DNA of 64,000 nt. Source: the human T2T-CHM13v2.0 reference genome, Homo sapiens. The position numbers and the translations under genes were made by a program. How positions within the stretch are numbered: position 1 is the stretch's first letter; each line of letters starts with the position of its first letter. This document shows, piece by piece, positions 23,401 to 38,400 of this stretch. The stretch is taken from the NCBI RefSeq assembly GCF_009914755.1, contig NC_060941.1; one strand, 5' to 3'. A model generated the notes under the pieces. The model was given only the letters and a program-made list of their open reading frames with translations. It searched no databases and was not told the DNA's origin.

Positions 23401-26400
23401 ATTTCAGCTGACTAAACAGAAGCAGTCTCAGAATCTTCTTTGTGATGTTTGCATTCAAATCCCCGAGTTGAACTTTCCTTTCAAAGTTCACGTTTGAAAC
23501 ACTCTTTTTGCAGGATCTACAAGTGGATATTTGGACCACTCTGTGTCCTTCGTTCGAAACGGGTATATCTTCACATGACATCTAGACAGAAGCATCCTCA
23601 GAAGCTTCTCTGTGATGACTGCATTCAACTCACGGAGTTGAACACTCCTTTTGAGAGCGCAGTTTTGAAACTCTCTTTCTGTGGCATCTGCAAGGGGACA
23701 TGTAGACCTCCTTGAAGATTTCGTTGGAAACGGAATCATCTTCACATAAAAACTACACAGATGCATTCTCAGGAACTTTTTGGTGATGTTTGTATTCAAC
23801 TCCCAGAGTTGAACTTTCCTTTGGAAAGAGCAGCTATGAAACACTGTTTTTCTAGAATCTGCAAGTGGACGTTTGGAGGGCTTTGTGGTTTGTGGTGGAA
23901 AAGGAAATATCTTCACCTAAATACTAGATAGAAGCATTCTCAGAAACTGCTTTGTGATGATTGCATTCACCTCACAGAGTTGAACATTCCTATTGATAGA
24001 GCAGTTTGGAAACACTCTTGTTGTGGAATGTGCAAGTGGAGATTTGGAGCGCTTTGAGGCCTATGGTAGTAAAGGGAATAGCTTCATAGAAAAACTAGAC
24101 AGAAGCATTCTCAGAAAATACTTTGTGATGATTGAGTTTAACTCACAGAGCTGAACATTCCTTTGGATGGAGCAGGTTTGAGACACACTTTTTGTAGAAT
24201 CTACAAGTGGATATTTGGACCTCTCTGAGGATTTCGTTGGAAACGGGATAACTGCACCTAACTAAACGGAAGCATTCTCAGAAACTTCTTGGTGATGTTT
24301 GCATTCAAATCCCAGAGTTGAACCTTCCTTTGATAGTTCAGGTTTGAAACACTCTTTTTGTAGGATCTGCAAGTGGATATTTGGACCACTCTGTGGCCTT
24401 CGTTCGAAACGGGTATATCTTCGCATAAAATCTAGACAGAAGCCTTCTCAGAAACTTCTCTGTGATGATTGCATTCAACTCACAGAGTTGAACCCTCCTA
24501 TGGATAGAGCAGTGTTGAAACTCTCTTTTTGTGGAATCTGCAAGTGGATATGTGGACCTCTCCGAAGATGTCTTTGGAAACGGGAATATCTTCACATAAA
24601 AACTAAACAGAAGCATTCTCAGAAACTTCTCTGTGATGTTTGTGTTCAACTCCCAGAGTTTCACATTGCTTTTCATAGAGTAGTTCTGAAACATGCTTTT
24701 CGTAGTGTCTACAAGTGGACATTTGGAGCGCTTTCAGGCCTGTGGTGGAAAACGAATTATGGTCACATAAAAACTGGAGAGAAGCATTGTCAGAAACTTC
24801 TTTGTGATGATTGCATTCAACTCACAGAGTTGAAGGTTCCTTTTCAAAGAGCAGATTCCAATCACTCTTTCTGTGGAATCTGCAAGTGGATATTTGGACC
24901 TATTTTGAAGATTTCGTTGGAAACGGGAGAATCTTCACAGGAAAGCTAAACAGAAGCATTCTCAGAAACTTCTTTGTGATGCTTGCATTCAACTCACAGA
25001 GTTGAACTTTCCTTTCGAGAGAGAAGCTTTGAAACACTCTTTTTCCAGAATCTGCAAGTGGACATTTGGAGGGCTTTGAGGCCTGTGGTGGAAAAGGAAT
25101 TATCTTCCCGTAAAAGCTAGATAGAAGCATTCTCAGAAACTACTTTGTGATGATTGCATTCAAGTCACAGAGTTGAACATTCCCTTTGACAGAGCAGTTT
25201 GGAAACTCTCTTTGTGTAGAATCTGCAAGTGGAGATATGGACCGCTTTGAGGCCTATGGTAGTAAAGGAAATAGCTTCATATAAAAGCTAGACAGTAGCA
25301 TTCACAGAAAACTCTTGGTGACGACTGAGTTTAACTCACAGAGCTGAACATTCCTTTGGATGGAGCAGTTTCGAAACACACTATTTGTAGAATGTGCAAG
25401 TGGATATTTAGGCCTCTCTGAGGATTTCGTTGGAAACGGGATAAACCGCACAGAACTAAACAGAAGCATTCTCAGAACCTTCTTCGTGATGTTTGCATTC
25501 AACTCACAGTGTTGAACCTTTCTTTGATAGTTCAGGTTTGAAACGGTCTTTCTGTAGAAACTGCAAGTAGATATTTGGACCTCTCTGAGGATTTCGTTGG
25601 AAACGGGATAACCCGCACAGAACTAAAACAGAAGCATTCTCAGAACCCTCTTCGTGATGTTTGCATTCAACTCACAGTGCTGAACCTTTCTTTGATAGTT
25701 CAGCTTTGAAACACTCTTTTTGTAGAAACTGCAAGTGGATATTTGGTCCTCTCTGAGCATTTCGTTGGAAACGGGATAAACTGCACAGAACTAAACAGAA
25801 GCATTCTCAGAACCTTCTTCGTGATGTCTGCATTCAACTCACAGTGTGGAACCTTTCTTTGATAGTTCAGGTTTGAAACACTCTTTTTGTAGAAACTGCA
25901 AGGGGATCATTGCACTCTTTGAGGAGTACCGTAGTAAAGGAAATAACTTCCTATAAAAAGAAGACAGAAGCTTTCTCAGAAAATTCTTTGGAATGATTGA
26001 GTTGAACTCACAGAGCTGAGCATTCCTTGCGATGTAGCAGTTTAGAAACACACTTTCTGCAGAATCTGCAAGTGCATATTTGGACCTCTGTGAGGAATTC
26101 GTTGGAAACGGGATAATTTCAGCTGACTAAACAGAAGCAGTCTCAGAATCTTCTTTGTGATGTTTGCATTCAAATCCCCGAGTTGAACTTTCCTTTCAAA
26201 GTTCACGTTTGAAACACTCTTTTTGCAGGATCTACAAGTGGATATTTGGACCACTCTGTGTCCTTCGTTCGAAACGGGTATATCTTCACATGACATCTAG
26301 ACAGAAGCATCCTCAGAAGCTTCTCTGTGATGACTGCATTCAACTCACGGAGTTGAACACTCCTTTTGAGAGCGCAGTTTTGAAACTCTCTTTCTGTGGC

Positions 26401-29400
26401 ATCTGCAAGGGGACATGTAGACCTCCTTGAAGATTTCGTTGGAAACGGAATCATCTTCACATAAAAACTACACAGATGCATTCTCAGGAACTTTTTGGTG
26501 ATGTTTGTATTCAACTCCCAGAGTTGAACTTTCCTTTGGAAAGAGCAGCTATGAAACACTGTTTTTCTAGAATCTGCAAGTGGACGTTTGGAGGGCTTTG
26601 TGGTTTGTGGTGGAAAAGGAAATATCTTCACCTAAATACTAGATAGAAGCATTCTCAGAAACTGCTTTGTGATGATTGCATTCACCTCACAGAGTTGAAC
26701 ATTCCTATTGATAGAGCAGTTTGGAAACACTCTTGTTGTGGAATGTGCAAGTGGAGATTTGGAGCGCTTTGAGGCCTATGGTAGTAAAGGGAATAGCTTC
26801 ATAGAAAAACTAGACAGAAGCATTCTCAGAAAATACTTTGTGATGATTGAGTTTAACTCACAGAGCTGAACATTCCTTTGGATGGAGCAGGTTTGAGACA
26901 CACTTTTTGTAGAATCTACAAGTGGATATTTGGACCTCTCTGAGGATTTCGTTGGAAACGGGATAACTGCACCTAACTAAACGGAAGCATTCTCAGAAAC
27001 TTCTTGGTGATGTTTGCATTCAAATCCCAGAGTTGAACCTTCCTTTGATAGTTCAGGTTTGAAACACTCTTTTTGTAGGATCTGCAAGTGGATATTTGGA
27101 CCACTCTGTGGCCTTCGTTCGAAACGGGTATATCTTCGCATAAAATCTAGACAGAAGCCTTCTCAGAAACTTCTCTGTGATGATTGCATTCAACTCACAG
27201 AGTTGAACCCTCCTATGGATAGAGCAGTGTTGAAACTCTCTTTTTGTGGAATCTGCAAGTGGATATGTGGACCTCTCCGAAGATGTCTTTGGAAACGGGA
27301 ATATCTTCACATAAAAACTAAACAGAAGCATTCTCAGAAACTTCTCTGTGATGTTTGTGTTCAACTCCCAGAGTTTCACATTGCTTTTCATAGAGTAGTT
27401 CTGAAACATGCTTTTCGTAGTGTCTACAAGTGGACATTTGGAGCGCTTTCAGGCCTGTGGTGGAAAACGAATTATGGTCACATAAAAACTGGAGAGAAGC
27501 ATTGTCAGAAACTTCTTTGTGATGATTGCATTCAACTCACAGAGTTGAAGGTTCCTTTTCAAAGAGCAGTTTCCAATCACTCTTTGTGTGGAATCTGCAA
27601 GTGGATATTTGGACCTATTTTGAAGATTTCGTTGGAAACGGGAGAATCTTCACAGGAAAGCTAAACAGAAGCATTCTCAGAAACTTCTTTGTGATGCTTG
27701 CATTCAACTCACAGAGTTGAACTTTCCTTTCGAGAGAGAAGCTTTGAAACACTCTTTTTCCAGAATCTGCAAGTGGACATTTGGAGGGCTTTGAGGCCTG
27801 TGGTGGAAAAGGAATTATCTTCCCGTAAAAGCTAGATAGAAGCATTCTCAGAAACTACTTTGTGATGATTGCATTCAAGTCACAGAGTTGAACATTCCCT
27901 TTGACAGAGCAGTTTGGAAACTCTCTTTGTGTAGAATCTGCAAGTGGAGATATGGACCGCTTTGAGGCCTATGGTAGTAAAGGAAATAGCTTCATATAAA
28001 AGCTAGACAGTAGCATTCACAGAAAACTCTTGGTGACGACTGAGTTTAACTCACAGAGCTGAACATTCCTTTGGATGGAGCAGTTTCGAAACACACTATT
28101 TGTAGAATGTGCAAGTGGATATTTAGGCCTCTCTGAGGATTTCGTTGGAAACGGGATAAACCGCACAGAACTAAACAGAAGCATTCTCAGAACCTTCTTC
28201 GTGATGTTTGCATTCAACTCACAGTGTTGAACCTTTCTTTGATAGTTCAGGTTTGAAACGGTCTTTCTGTAGAAACTGCAAGTAGATATTTGGACCTCTC
28301 TGAGGATTTCGTTGGAAACGGGATAACCCGCACAGAACTAAAACAGAAGCATTCTCAGAACCCTCTTCGTGATGTTTGCATTCAACTCACAGTGCTGAAC
28401 CTTTCTTTGATAGTTCAGCTTTGAAACACTCTTTTTGTAGAAACTGCAAGTGGATATTTGGTCCTCTCTGAGCATTTCGTTGGAAACGGGATAAACTGCA
28501 CAGAACTAAACAGAAGCATTCTCAGAACCTTCTTCGTGATGTCTGCATTCAACTCACAGTGTGGAACCTTTCTTTGATAGTTCAGGTTTGAAACACTCTT
28601 TTTGTAGAAACTGCAAGGGGATAATTGCACTCTTTGAGGAGTACCGTAGTAAAGGAAATAACTTCCTATAAAAAGAAGACAGAAGCTTTCTCAGAAAATT
28701 CTTTGGGATGATTGAGTTGAACTCACAGAGCTGAGCATTCCTTGCGATGTAGCAGTTTAGAAACACACTTTCTGCAGAATCTGCAAGTGCATATTTGGAC
28801 CTCTGTGAGGAATTCGTTGGAAACGGGATAATTTCAGCTGACTAAACAGAAGCAGTCTCAGAATCTTCTTTGTGATGTTTGCATTCAAATCCCCGAGTTG
28901 AACTTTCCTTTCAAAGTTCACGTTTGAAACACTCTTTTTGCAGGATCTACAAGTGGATATTTGGACCACTCTGTGTCCTTCGTTCGAAACGGGTATATCT
29001 TCACATGACATCTAGACAGAAGCATCCTCAGAAGCTTCTCTGTGATGACTGCATTCAACTCACGGAGTTGAACACTCCTTTTGAGAGCGCAGTTTTGAAA
29101 CTCTCTTTCTGTGGCATCTGCAAGGGGACATGTAGACCTCCTTGAAGATTTCGTTGGAAACGGAATCATCTTCACATAAAAACTACACAGATGCATTCTC
29201 AGGAACTTTTTGGTGATGTTTGTATTCAACTCCCAGAGTTGAACTTTCCTTTGGAAAGAGCAGCTATGAAACACTGTTTTTCTAGAATCTGCAAGTGGAC
29301 GTTTGGAGGGCTTTGTGGTTTGTGGTGGAAAAGGAAATATCTTCACCTAAATACTAGATAGAAGCATTCTCAGAAACTGCTTTGTGATGATTGCATTCAC

Positions 29401-32400
29401 CTCACAGAGTTGAACATTCCTATTGATAGAGCAGTTTGGAAACACTCTTGTTGTGGAATGTGCAAGTGGAGATTTGGAGCGCTTTGAGGCCTATGGTAGT
29501 AAAGGGAATAGCTTCATAGAAAAACTAGACAGAAGCATTCTCAGAAAATACTTTGTGATGATTGAGTTTAACTCACAGAGCTGAACATTCCTTTGGATGG
29601 AGCAGGTTTGAGACACACTTTTTGTAGAATCTACAAGTGGATATTTGGACCTCTCTGAGGATTTCGTTGGAAACGGGATAACTGCACCTAACTAAACGGA
29701 AGCATTCTCAGAAACTTCTTGGTGATGTTTGCATTCAAATCCCAGAGTTGAACCTTCCTTTGATAGTTCAGGTTTGAAACACTCTTTTTGTAGGATCTGC
29801 AAGTGGATATTTGGACCACTCTGTGGCCTTCGTTCGAAACGGGTATATCTTCGCATAAAATCTAGACAGAAGCCTTCTCAGAAACTTCTCTGTGATGATT
29901 GCATTCAACTCACAGAGTTGAACCCTCCTATGGATAGAGCAGTGTTGAAACTCTCTTTTTGTGGAATCTGCAAGTGGATATGTGGACCTCTCCGAAGATG
30001 TCTTTGGAAACGGGAATATCTTCACATAAAAACTAAACAGAAGCATTCTCAGAAACTTCTCTGTGATGTTTGTGTTCAACTCCCAGAGTTTCACATTGCT
30101 TTTCATAGAGTAGTTCTGAAACATGCTTTTCGTAGTGTCTACAAGTGGACATTTGGAGCGCTTTCAGGCCTGTGGTGGAAAACGAATTATGGTCACATAA
30201 AAACTGGAGAGAAGCATTGTCAGAAACTTCTTTGTGATGATTGCATTCAACTCACAGAGTTGAAGGTTCCTTTTCAAAGAGCAGTTTCCAATCACTCTTT
30301 GTGTGGAATCTGCAAGTGGATATTTGGACCTATTTTGAAGATTTCGTTGGAAACGGGAGAATCTTCACAGGAAAGCTAAACAGAAGCATTCTCAGAAACT
30401 TCTTTGTGATGCTTGCATTCAACTCACAGAGTTGAACTTTCCTTTCGAGAGAGAAGCTTTGAAACACTCTTTTTCCAGAATCTGCAAGTGGACATTTGGA
30501 GGGCTTTGAGGCCTGTGGTGGAAAAGGAATTATCTTCCCGTAAAAGCTAGATAGAAGCATTCTCAGAAACTACTTTGTGATGATTGCATTCAAGTCACAG
30601 AGTTGAACATTCCCTTTGACAGAGCAGTTTGGAAACTCTCTTTGTGTAGAATCTGCAAGTGGAGATATGGACCGCTTTGAGGCCTATGGTAGTAAAGGAA
30701 ATAGCTTCATATAAAAGCTAGACAGTAGCATTCACAGAAAACTCTTGGTGACGACTGAGTTTAACTCACAGAGCTGAACATTCCTTTGGATGGAGCAGTT
30801 TCGAAACACACTATTTGTAGAATGTGCAAGTGGATATTTAGGCCTCTCTGAGGATTTCGTTGGAAACGGGATAAACCGCACAGAACTAAACAGAAGCATT
30901 CTCAGAACCTTCTTCGTGATGTTTGCATTCAACTCACAGTGTTGAACCTTTCTTTGATAGTTCAGGTTTGAAACGGTCTTTCTGTAGAAACTGCAAGTAG
31001 ATATTTGGACCTCTCTGAGGATTTCGTTGGAAACGGGATAACCCGCACAGAACTAAAACAGAAGCATTCTCAGAACCCTCTTCGTGATGTTTGCATTCAA
31101 CTCACAGTGCTGAACCTTTCTTTGATAGTTCAGCTTTGAAACACTCTTTTTGTAGAAACTGCAAGTGGATATTTGGTCCTCTCTGAGCATTTCGTTGGAA
31201 ACGGGATAAACTGCACAGAACTAAACAGAAGCATTCTCAGAACCTTCTTCGTGATGTCTGCATTCAACTCACAGTGTGGAACCTTTCTTTGATAGTTCAG
31301 GTTTGAAACACTCTTTTTGTAGAAACTGCAAGGGGATCATTGCACTCTTTGAGGAGTACCGTAGTAAAGGAAATAACTTCCTATAAAAAGAAGACAGAAG
31401 CTTTCTCAGAAAATTCTTTGGGATGATTGAGTTGAACTCACAGAGCTGAGCATTCCTTGCGATGTAGCAGTTTAGAAACACACTTTCTGCAGAATCTGCA
31501 AGTGCATATTTGGACCTCTGTGAGGAATTCGTTGGAAACGGGATAATTTCAGCTGACTAAACAGAAGCAGTCTCAGAATCTTCTTTGTGATGTTTGCATT
31601 CAAATCCCCGAGTTGAACTTTCCTTTCAAAGTTCACGTTTGAAACACTCTTTTTGCAGGATCTACAAGTGGATATTTGGACCACTCTGTGTCCTTCGTTC
31701 GAAACGGGTATATCTTCACATGACATCTAGACAGAAGCATCCTCAGAAGCTTCTCTGTGATGACTGCATTCAACTCACGGAGTTGAACACTCCTTTTGAG
31801 AGCGCAGTTTTGAAACTCTCTTTCTGTGGCATCTGCAAGGGGACATGTAGACCTCCTTGAAGATTTCGTTGGAAACGGAATCATCTTCACATAAAAACTA
31901 CACAGATGCATTCTCAGGAACTTTTTGGTGATGTTTGTATTCAACTCCCAGAGTTGAACTTTCCTTTGGAAAGAGCAGCTATGAAACACTGTTTTTCTAG
32001 AATCTGCAAGTGGACGTTTGGAGGGCTTTGTGGTTTGTGGTGGAAAAGGAAATATCTTCACCTAAATACTAGATAGAAGCATTCTCAGAAACTGCTTTGT
32101 GATGATTGCATTCACCTCACAGAGTTGAACATTCCTATTGATAGAGCAGTTTGGAAACACTCTTGTTGTGGAATGTGCAAGTGGAGATTTGGAGCGCTTT
32201 GAGGCCTATGGTAGTAAAGGGAATAGCTTCATAGAAAAACTAGACAGAAGCATTCTCAGAAAATACTTTGTGATGATTGAGTTTAACTCACAGAGCTGAA
32301 CATTCCTTTGGATGGAGCAGGTTTGAGACACACTTTTTGTAGAATCTACAAGTGGATATTTGGACCTCTCTGAGGATTTCGTTGGAAACGGGATAACTGC

Positions 32401-35400
32401 ACCTAACTAAACGGAAGCATTCTCAGAAACTTCTTGGTGATGTTTGCATTCAAATCCCAGAGTTGAACCTTCCTTTGATAGTTCAGGTTTGAAACACTCT
32501 TTTTGTAGGATCTGCAAGTGGATATTTGGACCACTCTGTGGCCTTCGTTCGAAACGGGTATATCTTCGCATAAAATCTAGACAGAAGCCTTCTCAGAAAC
32601 TTCTCTGTGATGATTGCATTCAACTCACAGAGTTGAACCCTCCTATGGATAGAGCAGTGTTGAAACTCTCTTTTTGTGGAATCTGCAAGTGGATATGTGG
32701 ACCTCTCCGAAGATGTCTTTGGAAACGGGAATATCTTCACATAAAAACTAAACAGAAGCATTCTCAGAAACTTCTCTGTGATGTTTGTGTTCAACTCCCA
32801 GAGTTTCACATTGCTTTTCATAGAGTAGTTCTGAAACATGCTTTTCGTAGTGTCTACAAGTGGACATTTGGAGCGCTTTCAGGCCTGTGGTGGAAAACGA
32901 ATTATGGTCACATAAAAACTGGAGAGAAGCATTGTCAGAAACTTCTTTGTGATGATTGCATTCAACTCACAGAGTTGAAGGTTCCTTTTCAAAGAGCAGT
33001 TTCCAATCACTCTTTGTGTGGAATCTGCAAGTGGATATTTGGACCTATTTTGAAGATTTCGTTGGAAACGGGAGAATCTTCACAGGAAAGCTAAACAGAA
33101 GCATTCTCAGAAACTTCTTTGTGATGCTTGCATTCAACTCACAGAGTTGAACTTTCCTTTCGAGAGAGAAGCTTTGAAACACTCTTTTTCCAGAATCTGC
33201 AAGTGGACATTTGGAGGGCTTTGAGGCCTGTGGTGGAAAAGGAATTATCTTCCCGTAAAAGCTAGATAGAAGCATTCTCAGAAACTACTTTGTGATGATT
33301 GCATTCAAGTCACAGAGTTGAACATTCCCTTTGACAGAGCAGTTTGGAAACTCTCTTTGTGTAGAATCTGCAAGTGGAGATATGGACCGCTTTGAGGCCT
33401 ATGGTAGTAAAGGAAATAGCTTCATATAAAAGCTAGACAGTAGCATTCACAGAAAACTCTTGGTGACGACTGAGTTTAACTCACAGAGCTGAACATTCCT
33501 TTGGATGGAGCAGTTTCGAAACACACTATTTGTAGAATGTGCAAGTGGATATTTAGGCCTCTCTGAGGATTTCGTTGGAAACGGGATAAACCGCACAGAA
33601 CTAAACAGAAGCATTCTCAGAACCTTCTTCGTGATGTTTGCATTCAACTCACAGTGTTGAACCTTTCTTTGATAGTTCAGGTTTGAAACGGTCTTTCTGT
33701 AGAAACTGCAAGTAGATATTTGGACCTCTCTGAGGATTTCGTTGGAAACGGGATAACCCGCACAGAACTAAAACAGAAGCATTCTCAGAACCCTCTTCGT
33801 GATGTTTGCATTCAACTCACAGTGCTGAACCTTTCTTTGATAGTTCAGCTTTGAAACACTCTTTTTGTAGAAACTGCAAGTGGATATTTGGTCCTCTCTG
33901 AGCATTTCGTTGGAAACGGGATAAACTGCACAGAACTAAACAGAAGCATTCTCAGAACCTTCTTCGTGATGTCTGCATTCAACTCACAGTGTGGAACCTT
34001 TCTTTGATAGTTCAGGTTTGAAACACTCTTTTTGTAGAAACTGCAAGGGGATCATTGCACTCTTTGAGGAGTACCGTAGTAAAGGAAATAACTTCCTATA
34101 AAAAGAAGACAGAAGCTTTCTCAGAAAATTCTTTGGGATGATTGAGTTGAACTCACAGAGCTGAGCATTCCTTGCGATGTAGCAGTTTAGAAACACACTT
34201 TCTGCAGAATCTGCAAGTGCATATTTGGACCTCTGTGAGGAATTCGTTGGAAACGGGATAATTTCAGCTGACTAAACAGAAGCAGTCTCAGAATCTTCTT
34301 TGTGATGTTTGCATTCAAATCCCCGAGTTGAACTTTCCTTTCAAAGTTCACGTTTGAAACACTCTTTTTGCAGGATCTACAAGTGGATATTTGGACCACT
34401 CTGTGTCCTTCGTTCGAAACGGGTATATCTTCACATGACATCTAGACAGAAGCATCCTCAGAAGCTTCTCTGTGATGACTGCATTCAACTCACGGAGTTG
34501 AACACTCCTTTTGAGAGCGCAGTTTTGAAACTCTCTTTCTGTGGCATCTGCAAGGGGACATGTAGACCTCCTTGAAGATTTCGTTGGAAACGGAATCATC
34601 TTCACATAAAAACTACACAGATGCATTCTCAGGAACTTTTTGGTGATGTTTGTATTCAACTCCCAGAGTTGAACTTTCCTTTGGAAAGAGCAGCTATGAA
34701 ACACTGTTTTTCTAGAATCTGCAAGTGGACGTTTGGAGGGCTTTGTGGTTTGTGGTGGAAAAGGAAATATCTTCACCTAAATACTAGATAGAAGCATTCT
34801 CAGAAACTGCTTTGTGATGATTGCATTCACCTCACAGAGTTGAACATTCCTATTGATAGAGCAGTTTGGAAACACTCTTGTTGTGGAATGTGCAAGTGGA
34901 GATTTGGAGCGCTTTGAGGCCTATGGTAGTAAAGGGAATAGCTTCATAGAAAAACTAGACAGAAGCATTCTCAGAAAATACTTTGTGATGATTGAGTTTA
35001 ACTCACAGAGCTGAACATTCCTTTGGATGGAGCAGGTTTGAGACACACCTTTTGTAGAATCTACAAGTGGATATTTGGACCTCTCTGAGGATTTCGTTGG
35101 AAACGGGATAACTGCACCTAACTAAACGGAAGCATTCTCAGAAACTTCTTGGTGATGTTTGCATTCAAATCCCAGAGTTGAACCTTCCTTTGATAGTTCA
35201 GGTTTGAAACACTCTTTTTGTAGGATCTGCAAGTGGATATTTGGACCACTCTGTGGCCTTCGTTCGAAACGGGTATATCTTCGCATAAAATCTAGACAGA
35301 AGCCTTCTCAGAAACTTCTCTGTGATGATTGCATTCAACTCACAGAGTTGAACCCTCCTATGGATAGAGCAGTGTTGAAACTCTCTTTTTGTGGAATCTG

Positions 35401-38400
35401 CAAGTGGATATGTGGACCTCTCCGAAGATGTCTTTGGAAACGGGAATATCTTCACATAAAAACTAAACAGAAGCATTCTCAGAAACTTCTCTGTGATGTT
35501 TGTGTTCAACTCCCAGAGTTTCACATTGCTTTTCATAGAGTAGTTCTGAAACATGCTTTTCGTAGTGTCTACAAGTGGACATTTGGAGCGCTTTCAGGCC
35601 TGTGGTGGAAAACGAATTATGGTCACATAAAAACTGGAGAGAAGCATTGTCAGAAACTTCTTTGTGATGATTGCATTCAACTCACAGAGTTGAAGGTTCC
35701 TTTTCAAAGAGCAGTTTCCAATCACTCTTTGTGTGGAATCTGCAAGTGGATATTTGGACCTATTTTGAAGATTTCGTTGGAAACGGGAGAATCTTCACAG
35801 GAAAGCTAAACAGAAGCATTCTCAGAAACTTCTTTGTGATGCTTGCATTCAACTCACAGAGTTGAACTTTCCTTTCGAGAGAGAAGCTTTGAAACACTCT
35901 TTTTCCAGAATCTGCAAGTGGACATTTGGAGGGCTTTGAGGCCTGTGGTGGAAAAGGAATTATCTTCCCGTAAAAGCTAGATAGAAGCATTCTCAGAAAC
36001 TACTTTGTGATGATTGCATTCAAGTCACAGAGTTGAACATTCCCTTTGACAGAGCAGTTTGGAAACTCTCTTTGTGTAGAATCTGCAAGTGGAGATACGG
36101 ACCGCTTTGAGGCCTATGGTAGTAAAGGAAATAGCTTCATATAAAAGCTAGACAGTAGCATTCACAGAAAACTCTTGGTGACGACTGAGTTTAACTCACA
36201 GAGCTGAACATTCCTTTGGATGGAGCAGTTTCGAAACACACTATTTGTAGAATGTGCAAGTGGATATTTGGGCCTCTCTGAGGATTTCGTTGGAAACGGG
36301 ATAAACCGCACAGAACTAAACAGAAGCATTCTCAGAACCTTCTTCGTGATGTTTGCATTCAACTCACAGTGTTGAACCTTTCTTTGATAGTTCAGGTTTG
36401 AAACGGTCTTTCTGTAGAAACTGCAAGTAGATATTTGGACCTCTCTGAGGATTTCGTTGGAAACGGGATAACCCGCACAGAACTAAAACAGAAGCATTCT
36501 CAGAACCCTCTTCGTGATGTTTGCATTCAACTCACAGTGCTGAACCTTTCTTTGATAGTTCAGCTTTGAAACACTCTTTTTGTAGAAACTGCAAGTGGAT
36601 ATTTGGTCCTCTCTGAGCATTTCGTTGGAAACGGGATAAACTGCACAGAACTAAACAGAAGCATTCTCAGAACCTTCTTCGTGATGTCTGCATTCAACTC
36701 ACAGTGTGGAACCTTTCTTTGATAGTTCAGGTTTGAAACACTCTTTTTGTAGAAACTGCAAGGGGATCATTGCACTCTTTGAGGAGTACCGTAGTAAAGG
36801 AAATAACTTCCTATAAAAAGAAGACAGAAGCTTTCTCAGAAAATTCTTTGGGATGATTGAGTTGAACTCACAGAGCTGAGCATTCCTTGCGATGTAGCAG
36901 TTTAGAAACACACTTTCTGCAGAATCTGCAAGTGCATATTTGGACCTCTGTGAGGAATTCGTTGGAAACGGGATAATTTCAGCTGACTAAACAGAAGCAG
37001 TCTCAGAATCTTCTTTGTGATGTTTGCATTCAAATCCCAGAGTTGAACTTTCCTTTCAAAGTTCACGTTTGAAACACTCTTTTTGCAGGATCTACAAGTG
37101 GATATTTGGACCACTCTGTGTCCTTCGTTCGAAACGGGTATATCTTCACATGACATCTAGACAGAAGCATCCTCAGAAGCTTCTCTGTGATGACTGCATT
37201 CAACTCACGGAGTTGAACACTCCTTTTGAGAGCGCAGTTTTGAAACTCTCTTTCTGTGGCATCTGCAAGGGGACATGTAGACCTCCTTGAAGATTTCGTT
37301 GGAAAAGGAATCATCTTCACATAAAAACTACACAGATGCATTCTCAGGAACTTTTTGGTGATGTTTGTATTCAACTCCCAGAGTTGAACTTTCCTTTGGA
37401 AAGAGCAGCTATGAAACACTCTTTTTCTAGAATCTGCAAGTGGACGTTTGGAGGGCTTTGTGGTTTGTGGTGGAAAAGGAAATATCTTCACCTAAATACT
37501 AGATAGAAGCATTCTCAGAAACTGCTTTGTGATGATTGCATTCACCTCACAGAGTTGAACATTCCTATTGATAGAGCAGTTTGGAAACACTCTTGTTGTG
37601 GAATGTGCAAGTGGAGATTTGGAGCGCTTTGAGGCCTATGGTAGTAAAGGGAATAGCTTCATAGAAAAACTAGACAGAAGCATTCTCAGAAAATACTTTG
37701 TGATGATTGAGTTTAACTCACAGAGCTGAACATTCCTTTGGATGGAGCAGGTTTGAGACACACTTTCTGTAGAATCTACAAGTGGATATTTGGACCTCTC
37801 TGAGGATTTCGTTGGAAACGGGATAACTGCACCTAACTAAACGGAAGCATTCTCAGAAACTTCTTGGTGATGTTTGCATTCAAATCCCAGAGTTGAACCT
37901 TCCTTTGATAGTTCAGGTTTGAAACACTCTTTTTGTAGGATCTGCAAGTGGATATTTGGACCACTCTGTGGCCTTCGTTCGAAACGGGTATATCTTCGCA
38001 TAAAATCTAGACAGAAGCCTTCTCAGAAACTTCTCTGTGATGATTGCATTCAACTCACAGAGTTGAACCCTCCTATGGATAGAGCAGTGTTGAAACTCTC
38101 TTTTTGTGGAATCTGCAAGTGGATATGTGGACCTCTCCGAAGATGTCTTTGGAAACGGGAATATCTTCACATAAAAACTAAACAGAAGCATTCTCAGAAA
38201 CTTCTCTGTGATGTTTGTGTTCAACTCCCAGAGTTTCACATTGCTTTTCATAGAGTAGTTCTGAAACATGCTTTTCGTAGTGTCTACAAGTGGACATTTG
38301 GAGCGCTTTCAGGCCTGTGGTGGAAAACGAATTATGGTCACATAAAAACTGGAGAGAAGCATTGTCAGAAACTTCTTTGTGATGATTGCATTCAACTCAC

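Noticed and set aside
24855-24855. Singleton SNVs (T>A 24855; also 6754, 6983, 21708)
   Set aside because: These are isolated substitutions outside box cores. They could be ordinary mutations or consensus errors and are useful only as mapping markers.
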